Assembly: GCA_023954375.1 (NCBI GenBank)
Contig: JAMLIC010000006.1
Location: forward strand, 210,972-272,689
Direction of reading: 5' to 3'
Length of the DNA stretch: 61,718 bases
Origin: Planctomycetota bacterium
Lineage (GTDB): Bacteria; Planctomycetota; J058
Positions 9,189 to 19,493 of this stretch are shown here, piece by piece. The notes under the pieces are model-generated. The model was not told the origin of the DNA. It saw only the letters and a list, made by a program, of their open reading frames with translations, and searched no databases. The position numbers were made by a program, and so were the translations under genes. Within the stretch, counting starts at the first letter, position 1; each line of letters begins with the position of its first letter.

Positions 9189-10195
9189 TCAGCCGCGCGC
9201 GAGGAGCAGGCCGGCGACGTTGAAGTAGAAGAGCAGCGTGGCGATGTCGGTCGTCGCCAGGACGATCGGGCCGGCGGCGATCCGCGGGTCGCCGCGCAGG
9301 CCGCGCACCGCGGTCGGCAGGAGGACGCCGAGCATGCAGGCGGTGATCATCGCCAGGCAGATGCTCCCGCCGACGGCGAGCGCGACGGCCCCGGCCCCCT
9401 TCCAGACCTGCACGACTGCCCCGACCGTGCCGCCGCAGGCGAGGCCCAGGAGCACGGCGGCGAGGAACTCCTGGCGCAGGTTGCGCAGGAGGCCGCGCCA
9501 GTTGACGCGCTCCCCGTGCAGGCCGTGGATCGTGATCGTGGCCGCCTGCATGGAGACGCTCTCGGCCAGGGCCAGGACCACCGGGACGAACAGCGCCAGG
9601 ACGACCTGCGCGGCGAGCAGCGGCTCGTAGAAGCCGGAGAGGACGGCGCAGGCCATGCCGCCGCCGATGTTGCACAGGAGCCAGGGGAAGCGGTCCTTGA
9701 AGCTCGCCACGGGCGAGGCCTTCGAGGCGGTGAGGTGCACGCCGACGAGCTGGAAGACGTCGTCGAGCGACTGCTTCTCGGCGAGGTCGATCACCTCGTC
9801 GGTGAACAGGCCCACGTCGACCACGCCCAGGAGCTTGCCGTCGCCGTCGACCACCGGGAACGCGAGGTACTTGTGCATGACGAAGAACTCGCAGGCGACC
9901 TCCACGGTGGCGGTCGACGGGATCGTCACCACCCGCTCGATCATGAGCTCGGCCACGCGCGCGTCGAGCGGGCTCGTGAGGAGCCGGCGCGTGGGGACGA
10001 CCCCGCGCAGCCGCCCCTCCGCGTCGACGGCGTAGAAGTAGAGGATCGAGTCGGGGAGCTGCTGCGTCCGCAGGTCGAGCAGCGTCTGGGCGACGGAGCG
10101 CTCGGGGTCGAGCGTCGCGGCGTGCCCGGTCAGGTGGGCCGTGATCGGGTCCTGGAGGTTCTCGCGGCCGATCGTGCTGCGCTTCTTCACGGCTG
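9189..10195 (-). CDS. mgtE: magnesium transporter MgtE (CBS pair plus MgtE membrane domain; the N-terminal MgtE_N domain is apparently absent)
   Basis: CBS motifs (ILYFYAVDAEGRLRGVV, AFPVVDGDGKLLGVVDV) followed by five TM helices. GTG at 10193-10195. Confidence 0.8.
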
Positions 10196-10558
10196 CTCCT
10201 GGGTCGACGGGGGCGGGGGGGCGGCGGCGCCGCAGCGGCGGCAGCGCGGGGGGGAGGGGGCGAGGGCGGCGCGCAGCGCGCCGAGGACGACCGCGCCGAA
10301 CGCCGCCCACGAGAGGACGAGCGCCCCCAGCGCCAGCGTCCCGAGCGTCGTCGACGGCCGGGCGTCGCCGCCGAGGGACGTCACGAAGCGCCAGGTGAAC
10401 GCGGCCGCCGCGGGGAGGCTCGAGAGCTCGTCGGGGCGCGCCGCGCGCTCGGCCGCGTGGAGCGCGCCGAGGAGGGGGACCGTGACGGCGACGGTCACGA
10501 GGCCGGCGCCGAGGAGGAGGCCGCGCGCGTCGTGGAGCGCTTGCAGGGCACGGTGCAT
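10187..10558 (-). CDS. small hypothetical membrane protein
   Basis: 123-aa ORF with two hydrophobic segments, overlapping the mgtE start by 8 nt. Only ORF-level evidence. Confidence 0.25.
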   Translation of the reverse strand: MHRALQALHDARGLLLGAGLVTVAVTVPLLGALHAAERAARPDELSSLPAAAAFTWRFVTSLGGDARPSTTLGTLALGALVLSWAAFGAVVLGALRAALAPSPPRCRRCGAAAPPPPSTQEQP

Positions 10559-10790
10559 GGCAGACCTGCGGTCAGGGGGGCGCCTGCGGAGGACAGGCGA
10601 TCGACGGAGGCCCCGCGCGCCCGCGGGGGGCGAGCTCGGGTCGTGGAGCCCTCGGCCGCGGAGGCGCCCGGAACCGGGCGGGCATGCGGCGCGCGGGGCC
10701 GGGCGCGCGCGCGCCGGGCCGCCACGTGGAGAGGACGTGGAGGTGCCCGGTGCCGCGACGGCTCGCCCGGCGATCAGGAGCGGGTGGAGG

Positions 10791-11201
10791 TCAGGGGCGA
10801 GGTGGCGCGCGGGCCAGGAGGCCCCGTGTGACGGGGCGCCCCGGCGCGAGGGCGTCGAGGTGCCCGTGCGCGGGGGAGACGAGGTCGGGGCGCTCGGGCC
10901 CCGCGAAGGGCTGCGCCACGGCGGGCTGCGGGCCGTGCGAGCGGCGCGCGGGCGGGCCGTCCGCGCCGCGCTCCAGGCGCGTGACGTGGGTCGTGTAGCC
11001 GGTCGCGGGGCGCAGCGACCAGTCGTCGTCCGCGGCGGCGGCCCCGCGCGCCGGCCACACCGGCGCGAGCCGGCGGGGGGCGCCGGCGGCCGCGCCGGGC
11101 GTCACGAGCGCGAACAGGGACGCGGCCACGACCGCCTGGCGGAGGACGGAGGCGCGGCGGTGGCGGCGGTCCCGGGGCATGGCGCGCCGATGAGGCCACA
11201 C
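10791..11201 (-). CDS. small secreted hypothetical protein
   Basis: N-terminal signal-peptide-like segment (ASVLRQAVVAASLFALVTPGAAAG). ORF-level evidence only. Confidence 0.3.
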   Translation of the reverse strand: MWPHRRAMPRDRRHRRASVLRQAVVAASLFALVTPGAAAGAPRRLAPVWPARGAAAADDDWSLRPATGYTTHVTRLERGADGPPARRSHGPQPAVAQPFAGPERPDLVSPAHGHLDALAPGRPVTRGLLARAPPRP

Positions 11202-11228
11202 CGCCGCGGCGGGCGCAAGCCGCCGGGC

Positions 11229-11573
11229 TCAGCCGGAGACGGCGTCCGCGACCGTCTCGAAGAACTCGGTCGACAGCGCGGCGGCGAGGAGCCAGGCGGC
11301 CACGACGAGCACGAGCGCGGCCCAGGCGGGCAGGGCGAACGCCGCCAGGCCGACGCCGCCCGCGATCGCCACCGACGCCGCGTCCCGCCCGCGTCGCCGG
11401 AGGAGGAAGAGCGGCAGGAGGAGGGCGGCGAAGGCCAGGAGGAGCCACGCCGGGTGGGCGACCCAGCCGAGGTGGCACCCCTTCAGGTAGAGGCCGATCG
11501 AGGCGAACGGGGCCACGACCCGGGCGATCCCCTCGGCGGTCTCGAGGCCGAGGAGCTTGACGACGCGCTTCAT
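11229..11573 (-). CDS. small integral membrane protein
   Basis: ATG at 11571-11573 preceded by a strong GAGGAGGGG RBS. Three predicted TM helices. Confidence 0.45.
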   Translation of the reverse strand: MKRVVKLLGLETAEGIARVVAPFASIGLYLKGCHLGWVAHPAWLLLAFAALLLPLFLLRRRGRDAASVAIAGGVGLAAFALPAWAALVLVVAAWLLAAALSTEFFETVADAVSG

Positions 11574-11637
11574 GCCCCCTCCTCTGCGCGAGGGGGCGCG
11601 CGTGTCCACACGCGCTCGCGCGCGTCGGGCTGGGCGC

Positions 11638-13290
11638 TCAGCCGCCGCGCTCGAGCCGGATGATCGCCAGCTCGAGGAGCCGCCGGTCGCCGTCGCCCCC
11701 CGCGGCCTCGAGGGCCTGGCGCAAGGCCGGCAGCGCCTCGCGCGCCCCCAGGCGGCCCAGCGCCGCCGCGGCGGCGTGGTCGCGGTCGCCCCCGGAGGTG
11801 ACCAGCGCCAGGAGCGGCTGGACGAGCGTCGTAGGCGCCCGGCCCGGCGGCCAGCGGTCGGTGGTGGCCAGCTCCCAGACGACCGCGTCCCGGAGAAGGA
11901 CGCGACCGAGGCACGCGGCGAGGCGCTCCCGCGCCCCGTCGTCGCGCGCGGCGTGCAGCGTCAGCGCCCAGAGCGCGCCGGAGATGTCCGCGGAGCGCTC
12001 CAGCGCCTCGAGCACCTCCCGCCGGGGCGGCGCCCCGGCCAGGGTCGCCGCTGCCTGGTCGGGGAGCCCGTCGTCCCTCGGGCTGGCGAGCAGGGCCAGG
12101 AGCGCCGCGACGTCCTCGGGCCCGAGCGGGGCGATCCGGCCCAGCGCCGTGAGCGCGTCGGCGCGGACATGCGCCGGGGCCCGCTCGTCGAACGCGAGCG
12201 CCCGGAGCCGGGGGAGGGCCGGCTCGCCGGCGGCGCCGACGGTGCGCAGCGCGGCGACCGCGCTCGCCTGCGCGGCGTCGTCGTCGAGGAGGTCGCGCAG
12301 GAGGTCGATCGCCGCCGGGTCGTCGAAGCCGAGGCGGCCGACCGCGTGGAGCAGGAACCTGCTCCCGCGCGCGGGCCCCTCGCGCGCCAGGGCGAGCAGG
12401 CGAGGGAGGGCGGGGCGCGCGGCGGGCCCCATGGCCACGATCGAGAGGCTGGCCGTGGTGCAGAGCGGGCCCGGAACCGCCGCGGCCGCGAGCAGCGCCT
12501 CGAGCGCCTCCGGTCCGGCCAGCGGCCCGCACGCGCCGAGCGCGCGCGCGGCCGAGACGGTCAGCCAGTCCATGCCCCCCGCGCTCGCCTGGAGGGTCCG
12601 CACCAGGGCGGGGGCCGCGCGGAGCGGGGGCTGCTGGGCGCCTTCGAGGGCCTCGAGCGCGGCGGCGCGCTCCTCCGGCGCTCCCCGCTCCACGGCCCTG
12701 GCGAGCAGGGGGACGGCGGGGGGGCCCAGGCGAATGAGCGCGTCCACGTCCTGCCTGGCCATGGCCGCCTTGAACGCGCGCTCGTCGGCGGGGGCGTCGT
12801 CGCCCCAGACCCGCGCTCCCTCCGGGAGCCGATCGAGCGCGCCCACGGGGACCCCCCGCAGCGTCCGGGCGCCCGGGTCGAGGTCCTTCAGCAGGGCGGC
12901 GTCGAGGGCCAGGACCACCCGGTCCTCGGTGAGGAGGAGGGCCCGGCCGCGCCCCTCCCCGGGGGTGGCGACGGCGAACCAGGCCCACTCGGGGTCCGAC
13001 GCCGACGGCTCGCAGCGGATCTCGTAGCCCGCCCGGCGGGCGCGCTCGGTCGCCCAGAGCACGTCGTCGTTGCGCTCGAGCGCCGCGAGGTCGCCGTGGT
13101 TCAGGCGCCCGTCGCCGTCGAGGTCGGCGAGCCGGAACCGCTCCTGGGCCTTCTCGAGCGCCCGCAAGGCCTCGAAGGCGAGGGCCTCGGCCTCCCGCGC
13201 GGCCAGGTCGGGCGCGTCGGGCGCCGGGTCCTTGCTCGGGCAGCCGAGGCACAGCAGGGCCGTGAGGAGGAGACTCCTTCGCAAGACCAT
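11638..13290 (-). CDS. HEAT-repeat lipoprotein
   Basis: MVLRRSLLLTALLCLGC lipobox signal. The remainder is Ala/Leu-rich HEAT/ARM-like repeats. GGGAGG RBS 6 nt upstream of the ATG at 13290. Confidence 0.6.
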   Translation of the reverse strand: MVLRRSLLLTALLCLGCPSKDPAPDAPDLAAREAEALAFEALRALEKAQERFRLADLDGDGRLNHGDLAALERNDDVLWATERARRAGYEIRCEPSASDPEWAWFAVATPGEGRGRALLLTEDRVVLALDAALLKDLDPGARTLRGVPVGALDRLPEGARVWGDDAPADERAFKAAMARQDVDALIRLGPPAVPLLARAVERGAPEERAAALEALEGAQQPPLRAAPALVRTLQASAGGMDWLTVSAARALGACGPLAGPEALEALLAAAAVPGPLCTTASLSIVAMGPAARPALPRLLALAREGPARGSRFLLHAVGRLGFDDPAAIDLLRDLLDDDAAQASAVAALRTVGAAGEPALPRLRALAFDERAPAHVRADALTALGRIAPLGPEDVAALLALLASPRDDGLPDQAAATLAGAPPRREVLEALERSADISGALWALTLHAARDDGARERLAACLGRVLLRDAVVWELATTDRWPPGRAPTTLVQPLLALVTSGGDRDHAAAAALGRLGAREALPALRQALEAAGGDGDRRLLELAIIRLERGG

Positions 13291-13307
13291 GGGCGCCTCC
13301 CGACCTG

Positions 13308-13501
13308 TCCTCTGAGCTCGAGGAGACATCGCTGCGCGATCTCTCTCGAGCTCAGACCTGCGATGAGTGATGCGCTCGCGAGGGGGGCGCGATCGGAGCA
13401 AGTCCCGGACTGGCGCGATCTGGCCCGTTCCGCGCCTCCCGCACGCTGCGCTTTGGCGGGTCGAGCACGAGCGGCGGAGAGAAAGGTTCTCGACTCTCTG
13501 C
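13308..13501 (+). repeat. ~195-bp intergenic repeat element, copy 2
   Basis: Matches 1082..1275. Fills the gltB-to-lipoprotein intergenic region, 32 bp after the gltB stop. Confidence 0.6.
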
Positions 13502-13532
13502 ATGAGGGGGCCCGGCGTGTCCAACGATCCGG

Positions 13533-16500
13533 TCAGGCCCCGGCGGGCAGGACGACGGGCAACGGCGTCGGGGCCGCGTCCTTCGGGCAGACCCAGCGCA
13601 GGGCGGCCCGGGCGTCGGCCCAGCCCTCGAGCAGCGCCCGGGCGCGCGCGCTGCCGGTCTCGGCGGCGTAGTCCTCGAGGAGCGCGCGCAGCGCCTGCCA
13701 CCGCGCGTCGTCGACCTCGTCGGCCACGCGGGCGTCCTTGTGGAGGTGGCGCTCGAGGAGGCCGTCGGGGTCGTGGACGACGACCTCGCCGCCGGTCAGG
13801 CCCGAGCCGAGCGCGTGGCCGCAGCGGCCGAGGACGACGCCGAGGCCGCCGGTCATGTATTCGAAGGCGTACTTGCCGACCCCCTCGGCCACGAGCACGG
13901 CGCCCGAGTTGCGGACGCCGAAGCGCTGCCCGGCGCGCCCGGCGACGTAGATGACGCCGCCCGTGGCCCCGTAGGCCGCGGCGTTGCCGACGAGGTGCGC
14001 CTCGCCGGGGCGCCGGGCGGGCGGCGGCACGACCACGATCCGCGCGCCCTGGCCCATGACCTCGCCGACGGTGTCGTTGGCGTAGCCCTCGAGGCGCAGG
14101 TGCATCCCTCTCGTCGCCGCGAAGCCGAAGCCCTGGCCGGCGACCCCCTGGCAGCGGAGCGTGACCTCGCCCGCGAGGTCGCCGCGGGCGATCGCCCCGG
14201 CGATCGTGGCGCCCACCGCCTGGTCGTCGGTCGTGAGCGTGCGCTCGAGGACGGCGCGCGGGCTCGAGGCCAGGGCCGTCCGGGCGGCGGCGAGCAGCGC
14301 CTCGCCCGAGGCCGACGCGCCGCGCGGCGTCAGCTCGCCCGCGCCCGCCGCCTGCGTCGGGTCGGGGCGCAGGTCGTGCAGGAGCTCCAGCAGGTCGACG
14401 CGGTCGAGCCGCGCGTTGCCGGTGGGCGGCTGCTCGAGCAGGTCGACGCGGCCGACGAGGTCGCGCGGGTGGCGGAGGCCCAGCTCGGCCAGGAGGCGCC
14501 GCACGTGCTCGGCGACGCACGTCAGGTAGCGGATCACGCCCTCGCGCGCCTCGACGTAGCGCAGGTCGAGCTCGGAGGTCTTGAGGTCGTCGCGGTGCTT
14601 GACCATGAACCGCTGGAAGACCTTGGCCGTGTCGTTGGTCGTCAGCCCCACCGGGCAGTTGCCGGCGTTGCAGCCCCGGCAGAAGACGCAGTTCTCGGCC
14701 ACGAGCAGCGCCGTGCCGAAGGCGACCTCGTCGGCGCCGAGCGCGAGCGCCTTGACCACGTCGAGGCCGTACTTGATCCCGCCGTCGCCGACGAGGCGGA
14801 CCTGGTGGCGGACGCCGTTCTCGACCAGGTACTGGTGCGCCTCCGACAGCCCGCGCTCGAGCGGCGTGCCGGCGTGGAAGATCGAGCCGCTCGACGCGGC
14901 GCCGGTGCCGCCCGAGCAGCCGCTGACCGTGATCACGTCGGCGCCGGCCTTGGCCACGCCGACGACGATCGTGCCCAGCCCGGTGATGCTCGGCACCTTC
15001 ACGCCGATCAGGGCGCGCGGGTTCACCTCGCGCAGGTGGCGGATCAGCTGGGCGAGGTCCTCGATGCTGTAGATGTCGTGGTGCGGCGGCGGCGAGATCA
15101 GGTCGACGCCGGCGCGCGTCTTGCGGATCGCGGCGATCTCGGCCGTGACCTTGTGCGCCGGGAGGTGGCCGCCCTCGCCGGGCTTGGCGCCCTGGCCGAT
15201 CTTCACCTCGAGCTCGTCGGCGCCGGACAGGTAGGCCGCGTCGACGCCGAAGCGCCCCGAGGCGACCTGCCGCACGCGGTTGCGGTCGTCCGCCCAGGGG
15301 CCGCCGGGGTTGCGGCGCTCGTCCTCGCCGCCCTCGCCCGAGTTCGAGCGCGCGCCGAAGTGGTTGAAGGCCGCCGCGATCGCCCGGTGGGCGGTCGAGT
15401 GGAGCGCCCCGTGCGACATGGCCGCGCCGCGGAAGCAGGCGCGGACCACCTCGCCCGCGGGCGCGACCTCGTCGAGCGGGAGCGGCGCCGGCGCGGGGCG
15501 CAGGCGCAGGAGGTCGCGCAGGTAGACGGGGCCGGTGGCCTCGAGCGCGGCGACGAAGCGGTCGTAGTCGCCGCCCTCGTTGCCGTTGCGGGCGACCATC
15601 TGCAGGGCGTTGGTGACCTCCTTGCGGTAGACCGACACGTCGCGCGGCCGGGAGAGCTCGTCGCCGGTCTTCGCGCGCAGGGCGAGGTCGGCGTAGACGT
15701 CGTCGAGGGTCACGCCGCCGACGAACGACTCGGTCCCGGCGAGGAAGTAGTCGACGACGTCGGGCGAGAGGCCCACCGCCTCGAACAGCGCCGACCCGCG
15801 GTAGCCGGCGAGCGTGGGGATGCCCATCTTCGACATGATCCGCCGGAGCGTGCCCACGAGCGCGCCGACGACGCTCTCGCGCGCCTGGGCCGGCTCGGTG
15901 CGCGGCGCCTCCTCGGCGAGGTGCAGCATGGCGTAGGGGTTCACGGCCGTGGCCCCGTAGGCGATCAGCACGGCCAGGTCGTGCCCCTCCTGCACCTCGC
16001 CGGTCGACACGACGATGCTCGAGTCGCGGCGCAGCGCCCCGGCCTCGGCCGCCAGGCGCCGGTGGAGCGCGCCCACGACGAGCAGCACGGGCAGGGGCAG
16101 GCGCCCCGTGCGGGTGGCCTCGCGGTCGCTCACGACCAGGACCGCCACCTTCTCGTCGCGCACGGCCGCGAGCCCCTGCTGGCAGAGGGCGTGGATGCGG
16201 TCGGCGATCGCGCCCGCGCCGCCGCGGTCGTCGAACGTGGCGTCGAGCACGCGCGCCCGCACCTCGTCGCCGGCGAGGATCGCGGCCAGCTGGCCGTTGG
16301 TGAGCACGGGGTGGGGCAGGCGGTACTGCGGGCTGACCTGGTAGACCCCGCGGCGGTCGAGCCGCGGCGAGCGGCCGAGGAACACGGTCAGGTCCATGGC
16401 CTCGCCCTCGCGGAGCGGGTCGATCGGGGGGTTGGTGACCACGGCGACGATCTGGTCGAGGAAGCCGTAGAGCCGCGCCTGGCCCTCGGTGAACGCCGCC

Positions 16501-17948
16501 AGCGGGCGGTCGTTGCCCATGGAGTGCACGGGCTCCTTGCCGGCGCGGGCCATCTCGTGGAGCCGCTGCAGGCGCTCCCTCGTCCAGCCGAACGTGTTGA
16601 GCGCGCGGACGGGGAGCTTCTCGGCGGGCGCCTCCTCGACGAGCGGCACGAGCTCGGTGGTCGAGACGTCGCCGAACGACAGCTCGCGGTCGGCGCGCTC
16701 GAGCACCCAGCGCGTGCTGCGCTCGGGCGTGACCAGCTCGCCCGTCTGGAGGTCGGCGACGAGCATGCCGCCGGGCTCGAGCTGCCCGTCGCGCACGACC
16801 TCGGCGGGGTCGAAGGGCACCGCGCCGATCTCGCTGGCGACGACGACGCGGCCGCCCTCGAGCTCGGCCCAGCGCAGGGGGCGCAGCCCCATGCGGTCGA
16901 GCATGGCGACGAGCGTCAGGCCGTCGCTGGCGACGAGCGCCGCCGGGCCCTCCCACGCGCCGAGCGTGCCCAGCACGCGCTGGCTGGCCTCGAGGAACCG
17001 GTGCTCCTCGGGCGCGAGGGCCTCCTCGCGCCAGCTGGGCGGGACCATGCGCCGGAGCGCCTCGGCCAGGCCCCCCTTGCAGCGCGTCGTCGCCAGCAGC
17101 TCGACGGCGCGGTCGAGCTGCGCCGAGTCGCTGCCGTGGCGCATGAGGACCTTGTGCACGCCGAGGACGCGCTCGACGTCGCGCACGGCGCGCGTGTTGG
17201 CGCGGATCGTGTTGATCTCGCCGTTGTGCGCCAGGAGCCGGAAGGGCTGGGCGAGGTTCCAGTTGGAGAAGGTGTTGGTCGAGAAGCGGCGGTGGCCGAG
17301 GACGACGCGCGTCGTGAGCTCGGGGTCGCGCAGGTCGGGGTAGAAGCGCGGGAGCTGCGCCCCGGTCGCCAGCGCCTTGTAGACGACCGTGCGCGGCTGG
17401 AGCGACGGGAGCGCCAGCTGGCCGGCGAACTGGTCCTCGAGGCGGCGGCGGACGTCGAACAGCTCCTTGGCGAGCTGCGCCTCGACCCGGTGCCCGCGGC
17501 CGACGAGGACCTGCCAGATCGACGGGACGTCGGCGCGCGCGCGGGCGCCCAGGGCGTCCGGGTCGGTGGGCACGCGCCGCCAGCCCAGCGGCTGGAGCCC
17601 CTCGCGCCGGGTGAGCGCGTCGACCTCGCGCTGCAGCTCGCGGGCGTTGCGCTCGCCGTGGACGAAGAACACCGTGCCGACGACGAGCGGCTCGTCCTGC
17701 GGCAGATGGCGGCCGGGCGCGATGAACCGCTCGAAGTAGCTGCGCTCGGCGCGCAGGAGCAGCCCCGCGCCGTCGCCCGTGTCGTCGAGGCAGCCGCCGC
17801 GGTGCTCCATGCAGGCGATCGCCTGGACCGCCTGCCGGATCAGGTCGTGGCTCGGCCCCGCGCGCAGCTCCGCCAGGGCGACGACCCCGCAGCCCCCGCG
17901 CCCGGGGTGCTGGCGGATCACGTCGCGGCGGCGCTGGCGGTCGATCAT
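13533..17948 (-). CDS. gltB: glutamate synthase large subunit (GltB); no gltD in the window
   Basis: MIDRQ...CGVVA N-terminal glutaminase Cys, FMN-binding and GXGXG domains throughout the 1471 aa. The long upstream extension of ORF 13533..18566 is an artefact. Confidence 0.95.
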   Translation of the reverse strand: MIDRQRRRDVIRQHPGRGGCGVVALAELRAGPSHDLIRQAVQAIACMEHRGGCLDDTGDGAGLLLRAERSYFERFIAPGRHLPQDEPLVVGTVFFVHGERNARELQREVDALTRREGLQPLGWRRVPTDPDALGARARADVPSIWQVLVGRGHRVEAQLAKELFDVRRRLEDQFAGQLALPSLQPRTVVYKALATGAQLPRFYPDLRDPELTTRVVLGHRRFSTNTFSNWNLAQPFRLLAHNGEINTIRANTRAVRDVERVLGVHKVLMRHGSDSAQLDRAVELLATTRCKGGLAEALRRMVPPSWREEALAPEEHRFLEASQRVLGTLGAWEGPAALVASDGLTLVAMLDRMGLRPLRWAELEGGRVVVASEIGAVPFDPAEVVRDGQLEPGGMLVADLQTGELVTPERSTRWVLERADRELSFGDVSTTELVPLVEEAPAEKLPVRALNTFGWTRERLQRLHEMARAGKEPVHSMGNDRPLAAFTEGQARLYGFLDQIVAVVTNPPIDPLREGEAMDLTVFLGRSPRLDRRGVYQVSPQYRLPHPVLTNGQLAAILAGDEVRARVLDATFDDRGGAGAIADRIHALCQQGLAAVRDEKVAVLVVSDREATRTGRLPLPVLLVVGALHRRLAAEAGALRRDSSIVVSTGEVQEGHDLAVLIAYGATAVNPYAMLHLAEEAPRTEPAQARESVVGALVGTLRRIMSKMGIPTLAGYRGSALFEAVGLSPDVVDYFLAGTESFVGGVTLDDVYADLALRAKTGDELSRPRDVSVYRKEVTNALQMVARNGNEGGDYDRFVAALEATGPVYLRDLLRLRPAPAPLPLDEVAPAGEVVRACFRGAAMSHGALHSTAHRAIAAAFNHFGARSNSGEGGEDERRNPGGPWADDRNRVRQVASGRFGVDAAYLSGADELEVKIGQGAKPGEGGHLPAHKVTAEIAAIRKTRAGVDLISPPPHHDIYSIEDLAQLIRHLREVNPRALIGVKVPSITGLGTIVVGVAKAGADVITVSGCSGGTGAASSGSIFHAGTPLERGLSEAHQYLVENGVRHQVRLVGDGGIKYGLDVVKALALGADEVAFGTALLVAENCVFCRGCNAGNCPVGLTTNDTAKVFQRFMVKHRDDLKTSELDLRYVEAREGVIRYLTCVAEHVRRLLAELGLRHPRDLVGRVDLLEQPPTGNARLDRVDLLELLHDLRPDPTQAAGAGELTPRGASASGEALLAAARTALASSPRAVLERTLTTDDQAVGATIAGAIARGDLAGEVTLRCQGVAGQGFGFAATRGMHLRLEGYANDTVGEVMGQGARIVVVPPPARRPGEAHLVGNAAAYGATGGVIYVAGRAGQRFGVRNSGAVLVAEGVGKYAFEYMTGGLGVVLGRCGHALGSGLTGGEVVVHDPDGLLERHLHKDARVADEVDDARWQALRALLEDYAAETGSARARALLEGWADARAALRWVCPKDAAPTPLPVVLPAGA

Positions 17949-18027
17949 CGCGTGCTCCCTGGGGCGGCTTCCGGAAAGCGCCCATGATGGCGCCCATGAC
18001 GCGTCGCGCAAGCTACGCTCCGGGGCG

Positions 18028-18816
18028 ATGGCCCTCCGGCTGCTCGTGCCCCTCGACCGCCTCCCTGCCGACGAGCGCGGTGAGGCCGCGAGCGCGCTGG
18101 GCGAGGCGCTGACGCGTCGTCTCGCGGCGATGTTCCCCGCGGACGAGGGGCACGAGCACGTGGCGATCCCCGACCCGCCCGCCGGCCGCGACGACCCGCC
18201 TGCCCTGCTCGAGGTCCGCGTGCGGAGGGGCGCGCGCCAGGGCCTGCGCGTGCGCCTCGAGGTCCTCGACGGCGAGGGCACGCTGCGCGTCCTCGTCGCC
18301 GCCCGGCCGCCCTGGACGGTGCGCGCCGGCCAGGGGGGCCTGATGCTGGCGACCGTCGTCGCCCTGCCGTTCGCCGCGTGGGCGTTCGTCCGGGGCGGCG
18401 GGCAGGCGGCGGCCGTGATGATCGGGCTCCCGGTGTTCCTCGCCGTCGCCGGCCTCGGCCTCGCGCTGCTCTCGCCCCTGCGCTGGGCGGCGGAGGCCGC
18501 CCTCGCGCCCGACCTGGCCCGCGCGGCCGACGCCGTGACCGCGGCGCTCGACGACCTCCGCGCCACGTGGCCGGACGTCGGCGCGGCGCGTCGGGGGTGG
18601 TCGCCGCTGGCGGTCGACGCGGGCGTCGTCGCGGGCGCCGCGCTGACCGCGGGGGCGCTGACGGGCGTCGCGCTCTCGCCCGACCTCGACGAGGGGTGGG
18701 TGTGCCTGCTGGCGCCGGCGATCGCGTTCGCCGGCTGCGTCGGGCTGGCCTACCTCGTGGGGGTCGCGTCGGCGGCGCTGGGTTTCGCCGAGGGCGAGCG
18801 GTTCGACGACGCGTGA
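18028..18816 (+). CDS. hypothetical membrane protein
   Basis: ATG at 18028. Several hydrophobic helices. Divergent from gltB. Confidence 0.35.
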   Translation: MALRLLVPLDRLPADERGEAASALGEALTRRLAAMFPADEGHEHVAIPDPPAGRDDPPALLEVRVRRGARQGLRVRLEVLDGEGTLRVLVAARPPWTVRAGQGGLMLATVVALPFAAWAFVRGGGQAAAVMIGLPVFLAVAGLGLALLSPLRWAAEAALAPDLARAADAVTAALDDLRATWPDVGAARRGWSPLAVDAGVVAGAALTAGALTGVALSPDLDEGWVCLLAPAIAFAGCVGLAYLVGVASAALGFAEGERFDDA

Positions 18817-18900
18817 AGGCGCCGGTCAGGTGAGTCGCGCTGGCGGCGCAGCGGGACCGCGGCGTGGAGGTCCACTGAACCTGCTCGGCGCCCGGACGTC

Positions 18901-19473
18901 GTGACCACCGTGCGGACTCGCGCTGCAACCTGGCTCCTCCTCCTGGCGGGCTGCGCGGCGGCGCCGACCGCCGCGCCCCCTCGCGACCCGGCGCCCTGGT
19001 CCCTGGGAGCTCGCGGGGCCGACCGCGAGGAGCGCGCCCTCGAGCCGCAGCAGGACGGGGTCTTCGTGGAGGCCCGGATCTGGGCGCTGCGCCAGGTCCG
19101 TGGGCCGGGGCAGGTGGAGGTCTGCGACGACCCACGCCGCGTGCTGCTGGCGGTCGAGCGCCTGTGCGACGTGGTGGCGTACGAGTCCGGCGCCCTGTCG
19201 CTGCTCTTCGTCGCCGGTGGCCTGGCGGCGCCCGGAGAGGACGTGCTGCTCACCTTGACCTCGGGCTGCGGCCTCTGGCCGCTTCACGGCAGCCTCCGTG
19301 TGCGCGTGGACCCGCGGCCAGGCCGCTCGCGCGTCGCGCTGGAGGTCGGCAGCGACGCCGTCAGGGTGGACGCCGACGTGGAGCTCGACCTCGTCCCGGG
19401 GCGGCTGGCGCTGATCTCGGCGCCCGTGCCCGGGGAGGACGCGGCCGTGCTCGTGTTCCTCGCGGCGAGCTGA
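18901..19473 (+). CDS. hypothetical lipoprotein
   Basis: GTG start. LLLLAGCAAAP lipobox. Confidence 0.45.
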   Translation: MTTVRTRAATWLLLLAGCAAAPTAAPPRDPAPWSLGARGADREERALEPQQDGVFVEARIWALRQVRGPGQVEVCDDPRRVLLAVERLCDVVAYESGALSLLFVAGGLAAPGEDVLLTLTSGCGLWPLHGSLRVRVDPRPGRSRVALEVGSDAVRVDADVELDLVPGRLALISAPVPGEDAAVLVFLAAS

Positions 19474-19493
19474 CACCTGCTCAGGCGACGGGT

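Noticed and set aside
11638-17997. 2119-aa single ORF spanning the HEAT lipoprotein, the repeat element and gltB; also the 13740..17987 plus-strand 1415-aa ORF
   Set aside because: The minus-strand ORF fuses two genes through an out-of-frame junction of low-complexity translation. The plus-strand ORF is antisense to gltB with no domain content.
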